Position numbers and translations under genes: made by a program
The notes under the pieces: generated by a model
The model's input: only the letters and a program-made list of their open reading frames with translations
What the model was told of the DNA's origin: nothing
Database searches by the model: none
Shown: positions 63,691-64,000 of the stretch, piece after piece
Layout of the letters: each line of letters starts with the position of its first letter
Numbering within the stretch: the stretch's first letter is position 1
Source of the DNA: an uncultured Verrucomicrobiae bacterium
GTDB lineage: Bacteria > Verrucomicrobiota > Verrucomicrobiia > Limisphaerales > JAFGQR01
NCBI GenBank assembly: GCA_963788655.1
Contig: CAWBHS010000072.1
Span: forward strand, 224,001 to 288,000
Direction: 5' to 3'
DNA length: 64,000 nucleotides

Positions 63691-64000
63691 GATGAACCAC
63701 CGCCGACGGTCGCGGAACTCAAGGCGTGCGAACAAATCGCCAAAACGTGTGAGTCGGTGTTTGTCCGGGAAGAATCGATGGTGGCCGGCACGATGCCGTG
63801 TCATGGCCCGGTGTTTCCCGATAGTCCACACGAATGCGGGTACGGACATATCGCCTGAAGCGAGCATTTCCAAATCGCTTTGGGGGCGGCCGGGGTTACC
63901 GAGAGTTCCGGCAACTGATTTCCTGCACCAGGTTTTGGGGAATTTGCACCTCTCCCAAAGCCAGTTCCTCCAGGCGCAGGGCGCCAGCTTCCACGGCCAG

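Overview
GC-rich bacterial DNA. Gene content (Tat-exported Gfo/Idh/MocA oxidoreductases, HEAT-repeat and DUF1080 proteins, sulfatase, GHL10/GH38/GH5 hydrolases) suggests a PVC-superphylum organism, probably Verrucomicrobia; this is an inference. The window holds carbohydrate-active and periplasmic enzymes, an alpha-2-macroglobulin/pbpC operon, pncB, msrA, ispF and a sigma-54 response regulator. Two things stand out. (1) A ~12.5 kb phosphate island (44.4-57.0 kb) with three DUF47 paralogues, three PiT transporters, a USP and a pst operon. Its PhoU is fused to an apparently catalytically dead ArsC/LMW-PTP domain, and its two PstB ATPases carry reciprocal degenerate motifs predicting one active and one dead ATP site. 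Candidate 11-bp-period operators lie upstream of both the pit and pst arms. (2) About ten families of GTAG/GGAG-headed REP-like palindromes, heptamer arrays and an IS5-like MITE; several sit in frame inside ORFs (pbpC, possibly alpha-2-macroglobulin and a GHL10 gene). Six genes carry small indels that look like sequencing-consensus errors. No rRNA, tRNA or CRISPR array was recognised. Family assignments come from motif recognition by eye, not database searches.
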